Source of the DNA: Armatimonadota bacterium
Lineage (GTDB): Bacteria > Armatimonadota > UBA10988
Direction: 5' to 3'
Assembly: GCA_016235455.1 (NCBI GenBank)
Contig: JACRKZ010000136.1
Span: forward strand, 1-59,032
DNA length: 59,032 bases
Part shown: positions 27,330 through 38,431 of the stretch, piece by piece
Layout: the number at the start of each line of letters is the position of its first letter
Numbering within the stretch: position 1 is the stretch's first letter
The notes under the pieces: model-generated
What the model was told of the DNA's origin: nothing
Seen by the model: only the letters and a program-made list of their open reading frames with translations
Databases searched by the model: none
Program-made: the position numbers and the translations under genes

Positions 27330-29507
27330 TCAGCCGGCCGGCGTGCCCAAGGCCGCCCTGGCCGCCGCCACGTCGCCGGCGCCGTCGTCGCCCTGGCCGT
27401 CGATGTGGCCGATGCCGATCTCGCCGACCAGCGTCATGAACGCTGTGACGCAGCGCGGGTCGAATTGTAAACCGCTGTTCTTGAGGAGTTCTTCAAGCGC
27501 GACCCGCCGCGGCAGCGCCTGCCGGTAAGGTCGACTCGAGGTCATGGCGTCGTAGGTGTCGGCCACGCCGATGATGCGGGCCATGAGCGGGATGTCTTCT
27601 TCGTGCAGGCCATCGGGATAGCCAAACGAGCTGTACCGTTCGTGATGGTGGCGCATGCCGGGCAACAACCCGCGCAGCTGCTTGACCGGGTAGAGGATTT
27701 CGGCGGACTTGACCGGATGCGACTGCATGACGTGGAACTCGTCGTCGGTCAGCTTGCCCTGCTTGAGCAGGATGTCGTCGCGAATGCCGATCTTGCCCAC
27801 ATCGTGCAGCAGGCCGCAGTTGTAGAGCTTGTCGCACTCCTCTTCATCGAGCCCGAGCAGTTCGCCGATCATGCGCGACAGCCGCGCCACGCGCTCGCTG
27901 TGGCCACGCGTGTACGGGTCGCGCGCGTCGATGGCGTTGGCGATGACGCGGATCGAGTGGACGAACTGCTCCTCGAGATCGTCGTACAACTGCGCGTTCT
28001 CGATGGCGGCGGCGGCCTGCGCGGCCAGCGTGACGGCCAACTCGATCTGGTCCTCGCGGAAGTCGCCGCCCTGGTGCTCAGAGAGGTTGAGCACGCCGAT
28101 GACGCGTTCCTTGACGATCAGCGGCAGGCACAGGCTGGCGCTGCGCTGCGCCGACTGCGAGCCCTCGGCCACCTGGCCCTGGTTGAGCACGACCCGCTGG
28201 CCGCTGAGCGCCACGCCGCCGGCGATGCCTTCGCCCAGGCCGATGCGCGTGGACTCCACCACCTCGCGCGGCAGTCCGCGGGCCACGACGATGTGCAGGT
28301 GGCGCTCCGTATCCGGCGGCGTGCCGTCGTCGCGCGGGGTGGGGTCGAACTCGTCGCTCTCCGCCGGCTCGACGATCAGCATCAGCGAGCCCTTGTCGCA
28401 GCTGAGCAGCCGCAGTGCGCTGTCCAGGACCTGCGTGAGCAGTTCGTCGCGCTGTAGGGTGGTGGAAAGCGCCTGCCCGATGACATTGAGCGCGGCCAGC
28501 GCCTCGGCCCGCTGGCTCAGGCCGTCATACAGGCGCGCGTTGTGGATGGCCAGCGCGGCCTGCGTGCCCAGCGCCAGCAGCACCTCCTGGTCATGCGCGG
28601 AGAAGTTGCCGCCGTTGCTGCGCTCGGACACGTTGAGCACGCCGATGATGGTGCCCGACAGCGTCAGGGGGACACACAGCGCCGCGGGCAGCGCGCGGGC
28701 CTCGCTGTGGCTGTCGGCCACCCGCACGCCGGCGGCCAGCCGGCGCGGCTCGCCGCTGCGGGCCACTTCGCCGGCGATGCCTTCGCCCAGGCCGACGCGG
28801 GTGCTGGCGATGACCTCATCGCTCAGCCCATGGGCCACGGCGATGCTCAGCTGCGCGGTGGGCGCGTCGAGCAGCATTACCGAGCCCTTGTGGGCACCGA
28901 GCAGCTCAATGGCGCGGCTGAGCACGCGGCCCAGCGTCTCCTCGAGCGACAGGCTCTCGTTGACCGCCAGCGACACCTCATAGAGCGCGCGCAGCTCGGC
29001 GGCACGATGCTCCTGCTCCTGGTAGGCGCGGGCGTTGGTGATGGCCACGGCGCTCTGGGCGGCCAGCAGTTCGACCAGGCGCACATCGTCGTCGGCGAAG
29101 CTGTCCTGGCCGTCCGTGCGGTCCGACAGGTTGAGCACGCCGATGACCCGGCCATGGGCGGAGAGGGGCACGCAGACGGCGGCGGGCAGATGGACCACGC
29201 GGCCCTCGCGCTCGCGGCTGCCGGCGGCCAGCACGCGGGAACGACCGGACTCGGCGACACCGCCGGCGATGCCTTCGCCCAGGGGCACGCGGGTGTTGGC
29301 CACCACATCGTCCGCCAACCCGTGCGCCGCGGCGATGGTCAGCGCCGCGCCGGCCTCCTCCAGCAGCATAATGCTGCCGTGGCGCGCGGCGAGCAGCTCG
29401 CAGGCGCGGGTCAGAATCACGCCGAGGACCTGGTCGATATCGAGGGTGGAGCTGACCGCGACCGCCACCTCCCAGATCGCTTCGATACGTTGGGCTTCAG
29501 CGGACAT
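27330..29507 (-). CDS. Triple-GAF HD-GYP cyclic-dinucleotide phosphodiesterase
   Basis: Three GAF repeats (LGEGIAG.VA...VIGVLN); DPYTRGHSERV, LHDVGK, HHER...GYP, ADTYDAMTS.RPYR. Confidence 0.92.
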   Translation of the reverse strand: MSAEAQRIEAIWEVAVAVSSTLDIDQVLGVILTRACELLAARHGSIMLLEEAGAALTIAAAHGLADDVVANTRVPLGEGIAGGVAESGRSRVLAAGSREREGRVVHLPAAVCVPLSAHGRVIGVLNLSDRTDGQDSFADDDVRLVELLAAQSAVAITNARAYQEQEHRAAELRALYEVSLAVNESLSLEETLGRVLSRAIELLGAHKGSVMLLDAPTAQLSIAVAHGLSDEVIASTRVGLGEGIAGEVARSGEPRRLAAGVRVADSHSEARALPAALCVPLTLSGTIIGVLNVSERSNGGNFSAHDQEVLLALGTQAALAIHNARLYDGLSQRAEALAALNVIGQALSTTLQRDELLTQVLDSALRLLSCDKGSLMLIVEPAESDEFDPTPRDDGTPPDTERHLHIVVARGLPREVVESTRIGLGEGIAGGVALSGQRVVLNQGQVAEGSQSAQRSASLCLPLIVKERVIGVLNLSEHQGGDFREDQIELAVTLAAQAAAAIENAQLYDDLEEQFVHSIRVIANAIDARDPYTRGHSERVARLSRMIGELLGLDEEECDKLYNCGLLHDVGKIGIRDDILLKQGKLTDDEFHVMQSHPVKSAEILYPVKQLRGLLPGMRHHHERYSSFGYPDGLHEEDIPLMARIIGVADTYDAMTSSRPYRQALPRRVALEELLKNSGLQFDPRCVTAFMTLVGEIGIGHIDGQGDDGAGDVAAARAALGTPAG

Positions 29508-29526
29508 GAGCTTCCTTCGCGCGGCG

Positions 29527-29694
29527 TCAGTCGTCGAGGCGGATGGAGTTCTGGAACTCCGCGACGGTGTCCTTGAGCTTGCGCGACACCTTGGCGACGG
29601 TCTTGGCGACCTCGGGCAGCTTCTCGCCGAACAACAGCACCGCAACGAAGGCGATGAGGATCATCTCTTGCGGACCGACGCCCAGGAACTCCAC
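29527..29694 (-). CDS. tatA: Twin-arginine translocase TatA/TatB family subunit
   Basis: MEFLGVGPQEMILIAFVAVLLFGEKLPEVAK: TM helix, FG hinge and amphipathic helix. Confidence 0.8.
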   Translation of the reverse strand: MEFLGVGPQEMILIAFVAVLLFGEKLPEVAKTVAKVSRKLKDTVAEFQNSIRLDD

Positions 29695-29741
29695 GGCCGA
29701 CTCCCAGCAGGTGTCCGCGCAATGCCGGACTACCATCGATC

Positions 29742-29770
29742 AGTATATTCCTCAGCGGCCCCGCCAGCAA
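29742..29770 (-). promoter_or_regulatory. Putative sigma70-type promoter for tatA and the HD-GYP gene
   Basis: Minus strand reads TTGCTG-17 nt-TATACT. Confidence 0.5.
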
Positions 29771-29836
29771 TCACAAGGTGAAGTGGACGTGGGCCGTGGG
29801 TCGTGGGAAGCAACAGCGCGCCGACGCACGGCCTGG

Positions 29837-32176
29837 TCATCCGCACAGCACATGCAGCACACCCACGGCCCAACTGCCTGGCAGCGGGCGGCCGTCGCGC
29901 GCGTCCAGCGGATGCAGGGCGCTGGCCGGTGGCAGGCCGGCCTGATGCCAGATCTCGCCCAGCTCGGCCGGCGCGGGCTCGTAGCCTGGCGCGACGATGA
30001 TCCGCTGGCCCAGCGTCATGGCTGCCAGGCCGAGCGTGGCCTCGGTGCGGTCGGGCCCCGGCGTGCCAGGCAGCACCACGTCCAGCGAACGGCCATCGGG
30101 CAGGCGCGGGAGATCGGCGGCGACTGCGGCGATATCGCCCAGCAGACCGCGCCGGGTCCGCAGTCGGTCGCCCGCGCGCGGCCGAACGCGCGCCGCCAGC
30201 GTCAGCGCCACCTGCGTCACCGCGCCGCGCGCGTCCACCTGATCGCGCACGGCGGCCACCTGCCAGGCATCACCGGTCTCCGGCGCGTGCTGTGTGGCGT
30301 CGCCGTTGTTGTGGCGCCAGAGGCGGGCCACGAGCGGCTCCCCCGGCGCCACGACCGCGCCCACGCGCACCACGCCGCGCTGATCAAGCCAGCGCGGGTC
30401 ACGGACCGCCGAGCGGGTCAGGACATACTCGCCCGACACCGGGCAGAGCAGCGTCAGCCACTGGGTGTGCGATAGCAGTTCGGCCGCGACCAGACGGTCG
30501 GATACCACCAGGCCGCCTGGCCACTGGTCGCACCAGCCGACCAGCAGGTTGCGGCCCAGCGCCAGCTCGCCGTCAAGCACGCCCGGCCCGTCGGCCAGGG
30601 CATCGCCGCCAGACACCCGCTCGCCGACCTGAACGCGCGGTCGCCAACCGTGCGCGGGCAACGGCAGGTCGGCCTCGCCCAGGCGCAGTGTCGTGTCGGT
30701 CAGCGCCTCCACCAGGCCGTCGCGCGGCGCCGCGAGCCGGGCCGGCGCGGCCACCTCGCGTTCCAGCCCGGTGCCCACCCACGGCACCTGGCCCTGATCG
30801 AGTGGCAGCGTAAGCGCTGAAGCGAAGCCCGCACGCGCAATGGGCGGTGTGTCGGCCACCGGCTCGACATACGCGTCCAGATGGGGCTTCAGGCCCAGGG
30901 CGGCCGCCTCGTGGGCCTCCGCGTGCACCGTCGCCACCGCGTCGGCCAGTGCCAGCGGGTTCTCGCGGCTCACCGCGCGCGCCGTGGGGCCGCGCCGCAG
31001 CCAGTCCAGCCAGACGGCGCTCAAGCCCAGCCGTTCGACCAGGTCTTGCGCGTCGGCGTCGGTATCCAGCCCATCGGTGAGCTGGTCGAGCCGCTCGTTG
31101 TGCGTGCGGCGCGCCTGGTCGAGGAGCTGGCCAGCGGCGCGCTGCAGCCGGAAGCCGTCGCCCACCGCCACCGTGCGGGTCGTGGCCACCACCTCGCGGC
31201 CGTCGACGATGAAGGTGCCGCGCTCCGTGAGCCAGGGCAGCGAGGCCCAGCGCAGCCGGCGTCGCGTGACCGGCTGGCCGCGCTCACCGTGCAGTTCCAC
31301 GCCGACCAGCACCTCGCCCAGCCAGGTGCGCCCGGCGATGGCCGCCACCGACCAGGGCTCGGGCGGCGGCACCACGGCCAGTCCGGCGAAGGCCAGCCGC
31401 CGCCGGCCGGAAGGCCCGTCCAGCGGGAAGCGGCGCGCGATCTCGCTGCTCAGTGCCTCGCCGATCAGCTCCTCGAAAGCGGCCCGCCCGCCGGCCAGCC
31501 AGTCGACGGCGCGTGGCACGCGTCCCAGCGTCAACGGCACGCCCGGTGGTGGCTTCGTCGGCGCGGGCGGCACGGCGCGCGTGGTCAGGCGTTCGGCCAG
31601 ATCGCGCTGGTCGGCCGGCAGCAGCTCGGTCGCGCGGCGCAGCAGCAGCGCGGGGCTCATCTGGTCGTCGGTGGTCAGGTCCAGCAGCAGGTGCTCGTCG
31701 GCCCAGTCGACCCGCGCGGCCACCAGCGGCGTGAAGCGCACGGGCAGGGGCATGTAGCTGCCCTGGCCCAGGCCGATGGCGCCGCGTTGGCCGTGGCCGA
31801 CCTCGACCACCAGCGTCACCTCCAGGGCGCCGCGCGGCCCCACGCGGACGATCTCCAGGTCGGGGTTGGACACATCGAGTCCGGTGGCCAGGGCGATGTC
31901 CGCGCCGGTCACCGTCTGCGGGCCGCCGAAGGCGCACGTCTCCGAGCGCGCCGGCCCGTGGTGGCGCACGCTCAACCGACCTAACCGCCGGGCGATCTGG
32001 GTCAGCGTCAGCGGCAGGTCGTCGAGTCGAGTGTGCGCGGTCGGCGCCGGGCCGAAGCTGACACTGGTGACAGCGGCGCCCTCGACCTCACGCTCGGCGG
32101 CGCGCAGCAGCAGGCAGGCCAGGCGCCGGCCGGCGGCCTGGTCGATCGGCCCGAGGGATAAACGCTCAGTCGCCAC
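29837..32176 (-). CDS. Degenerate RNA polymerase alpha-NTD / mini-beta fusion protein (RpoA-RpoB-like, predicted non-catalytic)
   Basis: aa 1-186 are collinear with the RpoA NTD (GAAVTSV, GPQTVTGADI, NPDLEI, FTP, TDDQMSP). aa ~215-779 are collinear with RpoB blocks (LPWLTERGTFIVDG, ENPLA, VGTGLE, LADGP...GELALGRNLLV, LDQRGVVRVGA.V.PG, LP.LPDG..LDVVL, DARDG.P). Confidence 0.85.
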   Translation of the reverse strand: MATERLSLGPIDQAAGRRLACLLLRAAEREVEGAAVTSVSFGPAPTAHTRLDDLPLTLTQIARRLGRLSVRHHGPARSETCAFGGPQTVTGADIALATGLDVSNPDLEIVRVGPRGALEVTLVVEVGHGQRGAIGLGQGSYMPLPVRFTPLVAARVDWADEHLLLDLTTDDQMSPALLLRRATELLPADQRDLAERLTTRAVPPAPTKPPPGVPLTLGRVPRAVDWLAGGRAAFEELIGEALSSEIARRFPLDGPSGRRRLAFAGLAVVPPPEPWSVAAIAGRTWLGEVLVGVELHGERGQPVTRRRLRWASLPWLTERGTFIVDGREVVATTRTVAVGDGFRLQRAAGQLLDQARRTHNERLDQLTDGLDTDADAQDLVERLGLSAVWLDWLRRGPTARAVSRENPLALADAVATVHAEAHEAAALGLKPHLDAYVEPVADTPPIARAGFASALTLPLDQGQVPWVGTGLEREVAAPARLAAPRDGLVEALTDTTLRLGEADLPLPAHGWRPRVQVGERVSGGDALADGPGVLDGELALGRNLLVGWCDQWPGGLVVSDRLVAAELLSHTQWLTLLCPVSGEYVLTRSAVRDPRWLDQRGVVRVGAVVAPGEPLVARLWRHNNGDATQHAPETGDAWQVAAVRDQVDARGAVTQVALTLAARVRPRAGDRLRTRRGLLGDIAAVAADLPRLPDGRSLDVVLPGTPGPDRTEATLGLAAMTLGQRIIVAPGYEPAPAELGEIWHQAGLPPASALHPLDARDGRPLPGSWAVGVLHVLCG

Positions 32177-32233
32177 GGAAGGTACTTCCTCGCAGGTTCA
32201 AGAACTGCGCACCCAACTGCGCGGAGCATTCGC

Positions 32234-33694
32234 ATGACCATTCGCCACTCCTGCCGCTCGTGGCCGACGCTCTGCCTGCTGGCCGCGGCGCTCTCGGCCG
32301 GCGCCGCCGGCGCGGTCGACAAGCCCTGGCAACTGGTCGGCCTGCCAGCGGGCGGCTGGGCCGACCTGGGTGTCGTCGTGGGCGGTCTGACCATCGTCCG
32401 CGCGCAGGTCAGCCCCGAGCCGGCCGGCGCCAGCCTGGTGGTCGAGGTGCGGGCGCGCCACGCCGAGCCCACGCGGTTTGCCGTGTCGGCCTTCGATGAG
32501 CGCCGTCAGCCGCTGGGCGCCGGCTGCGACACGGTCGCCGTGCCGGGCGCCGGGGCGCCCTTGGCCAGCCGCGAGACGCTGACCAGCCTGCGCCTGCCGC
32601 TGGGTGCGGTCGATCCCGCCGCGGTGCGTTACCTGGCCGCCGGACCGGTGGCTGTGGCCGCGCCGCGCGACACCAGCCTGTGCGCCGCGGCGCGCGGTGG
32701 CCGCGTCAGCGCAACGTCGTCGAGCTACGGATCGAGCTTCGACGAGCAGCGCATCCTCGACGGTCTGCCCAACACCTTCTACGCCTCGAAGACCGGCCTA
32801 ATCACCAACCAGTGGCTGATGATCGACCTGCCCGGCGACGAGCCACTGGAGATAGCTGAGATTGGCATCGACGGGCATGGCGAGCCCAACGACCCCAAGT
32901 CGGCGCTGCGCCACTTCGCCGTGCTGGCCTCGGAAGGCGGCACCGCCGAGGCCGACTTCCACGAGGTGCTGCGCGACGAATGTGCGTTCGACGCCGGCCT
33001 CCAGCGCTGGCCGATCAAGCCTGTCCAGGCCCGCTGGATCAAGCTGCTCTGCCTGGACAACTGGGGCAGCACGCAGTGGGTGGAACTGGCCTCGTTCGAG
33101 TGCTACGCGCCGTCTGGGCCGCCGACCCCGCGCCCCGAACTGGTGCAGTCGCTGGCCGACTTCCCAGCGCCGGCGGCGCCGCCGTTGGCCGACAGCGATG
33201 GGCCTGTGTTCCTGCTCCGGTACATCGTGCCGACGGACCCAGCGCCGGCCCAGCCCGCCTGGCGCGTGGCGCTGGACGGCTGCCGCGAGGGTAGCGCGCG
33301 GGTCGTACACTGCGACAGCGACGGCGCCACCTTCGCCGCGCTCCGACTCGACTTCGCCTTTGGCAACCTGCTGGGCGGAGCGCCGCAGAGCTGCGCCGCG
33401 CTGTTCGACACGGCCTTCACCGGTGCGGCGCGGCGGGTGCAGGTCACCTACCGCACCGACCGGCCCGGCAACAGCCTGCGACTGGCCTGTGCCGGGCCGG
33501 ATGGGTCGCTGGTCTGGCGCGATGTGGCCCGACCGACCGATCGGGCCTGGCACGTGGGCAGCGTTGCCGTGGACGACACGCTGGGCCTGGGCTCACGCTT
33601 CGCGCGACTGGCGGTGGTGCCGCGCGGCCGCGACAACCTTACCGGCAGCCTGTGGGTGGCGCAGGCGCTGGCGCTCTACGCGCCGGCGCCGTAG
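32234..33694 (+). CDS. Secreted protein with discoidin (F5/8 type C)-like domain
   Basis: Signal peptide; ILDG...., QWLMIDL, ARWIKL..LDNWG..WVELASFE. Confidence 0.72.
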   Translation: MTIRHSCRSWPTLCLLAAALSAGAAGAVDKPWQLVGLPAGGWADLGVVVGGLTIVRAQVSPEPAGASLVVEVRARHAEPTRFAVSAFDERRQPLGAGCDTVAVPGAGAPLASRETLTSLRLPLGAVDPAAVRYLAAGPVAVAAPRDTSLCAAARGGRVSATSSSYGSSFDEQRILDGLPNTFYASKTGLITNQWLMIDLPGDEPLEIAEIGIDGHGEPNDPKSALRHFAVLASEGGTAEADFHEVLRDECAFDAGLQRWPIKPVQARWIKLLCLDNWGSTQWVELASFECYAPSGPPTPRPELVQSLADFPAPAAPPLADSDGPVFLLRYIVPTDPAPAQPAWRVALDGCREGSARVVHCDSDGATFAALRLDFAFGNLLGGAPQSCAALFDTAFTGAARRVQVTYRTDRPGNSLRLACAGPDGSLVWRDVARPTDRAWHVGSVAVDDTLGLGSRFARLAVVPRGRDNLTGSLWVAQALALYAPAP

Positions 33695-33699
33695 CGCGC

Positions 33700-34590
33700 C
33701 TAAGCGTTCAGCGCGGCCTGGAAGTTGACCAGCGTCTCGTCGATGTGCTCGATCGCCTCCAGCCCGATGACGATGGCGTCGACGCACTTCTCGGTGACGA
33801 CATACTTGAGGCTGGTCAGACGCTCGTCCGGCTGGCGGATCTCGCCTTCGCCGTAGAGCTTCATGCCGATCACGCCCTTGCCGGCGTCTCGCATGGCGCG
33901 CAGGTGGGCGGCGATGTCGCTGGGCTTGCCGTCCATCTTCGAGCCGCGGTGGTTGACGCGGGCCAACACCACGTCGAGCCAAGGCGAGGCGAGGGCGGTG
34001 CGCAGTGCGCCGAAGCTGTGGCAGGAGACACCGTGAGAGCGGATCAGACCGCGCGTCTTGCAGTCCTCCAGTTGGCCCATGAAGTCTTCCAGGCGCGTGG
34101 CCCATTTGTCATCCATGCAGCAGTGCAGCAGCACGCTGTCCAGGTGGTCGGTGCCGACCTCGCGCAGGAACCGCTCCACGGCCACCGTCGCGTTGGTGGT
34201 CTTCTCCGGCATGCTGCCATCCATCCACCAGATCTTCGACTGGATCTGCACCTTGTCTCGGCCGACCTCGGCCACCAGCCGGTGCAGGAAGTCGTGGGTG
34301 CCATACAGGTCCGCCACGTCGAAGAACGTGATGCCATGATCGAAGGCATACTTCATCAACGGCAGGAACTTCTCCGCGCCCATGCGCGTGGCGTTGGAGC
34401 TGCGATTGCCGCCGCGCACGCCGGTGCCCATGCCCAGGCGTGAGACCTTGACGCCGCTGCGACCGAGAGTCACCAGATCGGTAGGCGACATCTTGGCGGC
34501 CGCGGGCTGGGCGGATGCCGGTGAGAGGCGCGTCGCCGCCGCGCCGGCCAGCACGGATCCCATGAACTCGCGACGATTGAACCTTGCCAC
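33700..34590 (-). CDS. Tat-signal aldo/keto reductase
   Basis: NRREF; LGRSGVKVSRLGMGT; GITFFDVADLYG; GVSCH; AAGGAG RBS. Confidence 0.9.
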   Translation of the reverse strand: MARFNRREFMGSVLAGAAATRLSPASAQPAAAKMSPTDLVTLGRSGVKVSRLGMGTGVRGGNRSSNATRMGAEKFLPLMKYAFDHGITFFDVADLYGTHDFLHRLVAEVGRDKVQIQSKIWWMDGSMPEKTTNATVAVERFLREVGTDHLDSVLLHCCMDDKWATRLEDFMGQLEDCKTRGLIRSHGVSCHSFGALRTALASPWLDVVLARVNHRGSKMDGKPSDIAAHLRAMRDAGKGVIGMKLYGEGEIRQPDERLTSLKYVVTEKCVDAIVIGLEAIEHIDETLVNFQAALNA

Positions 34591-34687
34591 AAGACGACTC
34601 CTTGTATCATGGGTCAGTCTAGCACAGCCCGTGGGCCGTGTCCGTCGTGTCGGCCAAGGCGCGGCGGGCGGGCGGTTGGAGGAAACG

Positions 34688-36495
<1,808 letters not shown>

Positions 36496-36511
36496 GAGTG
36501 GAGGACGGACC

Positions 36512-37033
36512 ATGGCGAGCAAGGGCCCGTTGGTGGGCATTCTGATGGGGAGCAGCACCGACTTGCCGGTGATGGAGTCGGCCGCGCGGCTGCTGCAGTC
36601 GTTTGGCGTGGAGTGGGAGATGCGCTGCATCTCCGCGCATCGCAACCCCGGTGGCGTGGCGGACTACGCCGCGAGCGCCTCCGACCGCGGCTTGCGTGTG
36701 ATCGTCGCCGGCGCGGGTGGCGCCGCGCACCTGCCCGGCGTGGTGGCTGCGCATACCATCCTGCCCGTCATCGGTGTGCCGTGCAGCGGCAAGTCGCTGG
36801 CTGGCGCCGATTCGCTGTACTCGATCGTGCAGATGCCGCCCGGCATTCCGGTGGCGACCGTGGGCATTGACGCGGGTCGCAATGCCGGTATCCTTGCGAT
36901 GCAGATCCTGGCAGTGCGGGACCGCACGCTGCGACCCAAGCTGGACCAGCTGAAGGTCGACCTGCTGGCCGAAAACCAGCGCAAGGACGACGAAGTGCTG
37001 GCCGCGTCGCGCCGGATCCGAGAGGGCAAGTAA
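36512..37033 (+). CDS. purE: N5-carboxyaminoimidazole ribonucleotide mutase
   Basis: [34 protein letters not shown]. Confidence 0.96.
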   Translation: MASKGPLVGILMGSSTDLPVMESAARLLQSFGVEWEMRCISAHRNPGGVADYAASASDRGLRVIVAGAGGAAHLPGVVAAHTILPVIGVPCSGKSLAGADSLYSIVQMPPGIPVATVGIDAGRNAGILAMQILAVRDRTLRPKLDQLKVDLLAENQRKDDEVLAASRRIREGK

Positions 37034-38329
37034 GTGATCACCCGCTACACCCGGCCCGAGATGCTCGCGCTTTGGAGCGAAGAGGCCAAGTTCGGCTCCT
37101 GGCTCGACGTCGAGCTCGCCATCTGCCGCGCCTGGGCCAAACTGGGCGTCATCCCGCCCGCCGAGGTCGAGACGCTACTGGCCGCCCAGATCAACATCGA
37201 CGTCGCCCGCATCGAGGAGATTGAGCGCACCGTCGACCACGACCTGATCGCCTTCGTCAAGAGCGTCACCGAGCAGCTCGGCGACGAGGGCCGGCACGTG
37301 CACTTCGGCGTTACCTCGTATGACGTGGAAGACACCGCGCTGTGCCTGCGCATGGCCAAGTCGCTGGAACTCGTGCGCTCGGGCGTCAAAGAGCTGCGCG
37401 ATGTCGTCTGGTCGCTGGCCCGGCAGCACAAAGACACCGTGATGATGGGCCGCACCCACGGCGTGCATGCCGAACCCATCACCTTGGCCTTCAAGCTGTG
37501 CGTCTGGCTGGACGATCTGGATCGCGCCATCGAGCGCATCGACCAGACTCTGCCGCGCGTGCGCGTGGGCAAGATCTCCGGCGCCGTGGGCACCTATGCC
37601 AACGTCGACCCGCGCGTCGAGCAGCATGTCTGCGAGGCGCTGGGCCTGACGCCGGCGCCCATCTCCACCCAGATCCACTCTCGCGACCGACACGCCGAGG
37701 TGGTCTGCCTGCTGGCGCTCATCGCCGGGCAGGTGGAACGCATGGCCACCGAGGTGCGCAACCTGCAGCGCACCGAGCTGCTGGAGGTCTCCGAACCGTT
37801 CAAGACCGGCCAGCGCGGCTCATCGGCTATGCCCCACAAGCGCAACCCGTGGCGCTGCGAGACTGTCTCCGGTCTGGCGCGCGTGGTGCGCGGCTACGTG
37901 GTGCCGGCGCTGGAGAACGAGCTGACCTGGCACGAGCGCGACCTGGCCAATTCCAGTGTCGAGCGGGTCATCATCCCCGATGCCTTCCTGGCCGTCGATT
38001 GGCTGCTGCACCGCTTCGCCGGCATCATTGGCGGGCTCAATGTGCATCAGGACAACATGGCGCGCAACATTGCGCTGACCCAGGGCGTCATCCACAGCCA
38101 GCAAGTGCGCCTGGCGCTGAGCGAGTCGGGCTTGAGCTACGATCAGGCCTACGACATCGCCCAAGAGTACGCTCTGCAGGCCTGGAATGAGCGCGTGCCG
38201 TACCGCGGCCTGCTGGAAGCCGACCCGGCCGTCACCGAGCGCCTGAGCGCCGCCGACCTCGACGCCTGCTTCGACCTCAGCCACCACCTGGCCAACCTGG
38301 GCGTCATCTACGAGCGCTTCGGGCTGTAG
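37034..38329 (+). CDS. purB: Adenylosuccinate lyase
   Basis: [31 protein letters not shown]. Confidence 0.97.
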   Translation: MITRYTRPEMLALWSEEAKFGSWLDVELAICRAWAKLGVIPPAEVETLLAAQINIDVARIEEIERTVDHDLIAFVKSVTEQLGDEGRHVHFGVTSYDVEDTALCLRMAKSLELVRSGVKELRDVVWSLARQHKDTVMMGRTHGVHAEPITLAFKLCVWLDDLDRAIERIDQTLPRVRVGKISGAVGTYANVDPRVEQHVCEALGLTPAPISTQIHSRDRHAEVVCLLALIAGQVERMATEVRNLQRTELLEVSEPFKTGQRGSSAMPHKRNPWRCETVSGLARVVRGYVVPALENELTWHERDLANSSVERVIIPDAFLAVDWLLHRFAGIIGGLNVHQDNMARNIALTQGVIHSQQVRLALSESGLSYDQAYDIAQEYALQAWNERVPYRGLLEADPAVTERLSAADLDACFDLSHHLANLGVIYERFGL

Positions 38330-38342
38330 GCCCTGGTGAATT

Positions 38343-38418
38343 CACCACGAGATGTCGCAGAGAGCACAGAGAAGGACAACCTTGAGGATCCCTCTGTGTT
38401 CTCTGTGCTCTCGTGGTT
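38343..38418. repeat. Imperfect inverted repeat (CACAGAG-type REP-like element) between convergent genes
   Basis: Left arm caccacgagatgtcgcagagagcacagag; the right arm's reverse complement is aaccacgagagcacagagaacacagag. Confidence 0.7.
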
Positions 38419-38431
38419 GATGAACCGCGTT

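Noticed and set aside
28200-29290. Three ~22-bp direct repeats as a possible CRISPR array
   Set aside because: They are spaced about 500 bp apart and encode the LGEGIAG motif of three GAF domains. No CRISPR array or cas gene is seen in the window.
29837-32176. Calling this the genuine rpoB/rpoA or a simple pseudogene
   Set aside because: It is too short, lacks catalytic motifs and is outside the rpl/rpoC context, so it is not the real subunit. It has no stops or frameshifts over 779 codons and joins two normally unlinked genes, which argues against simple decay.
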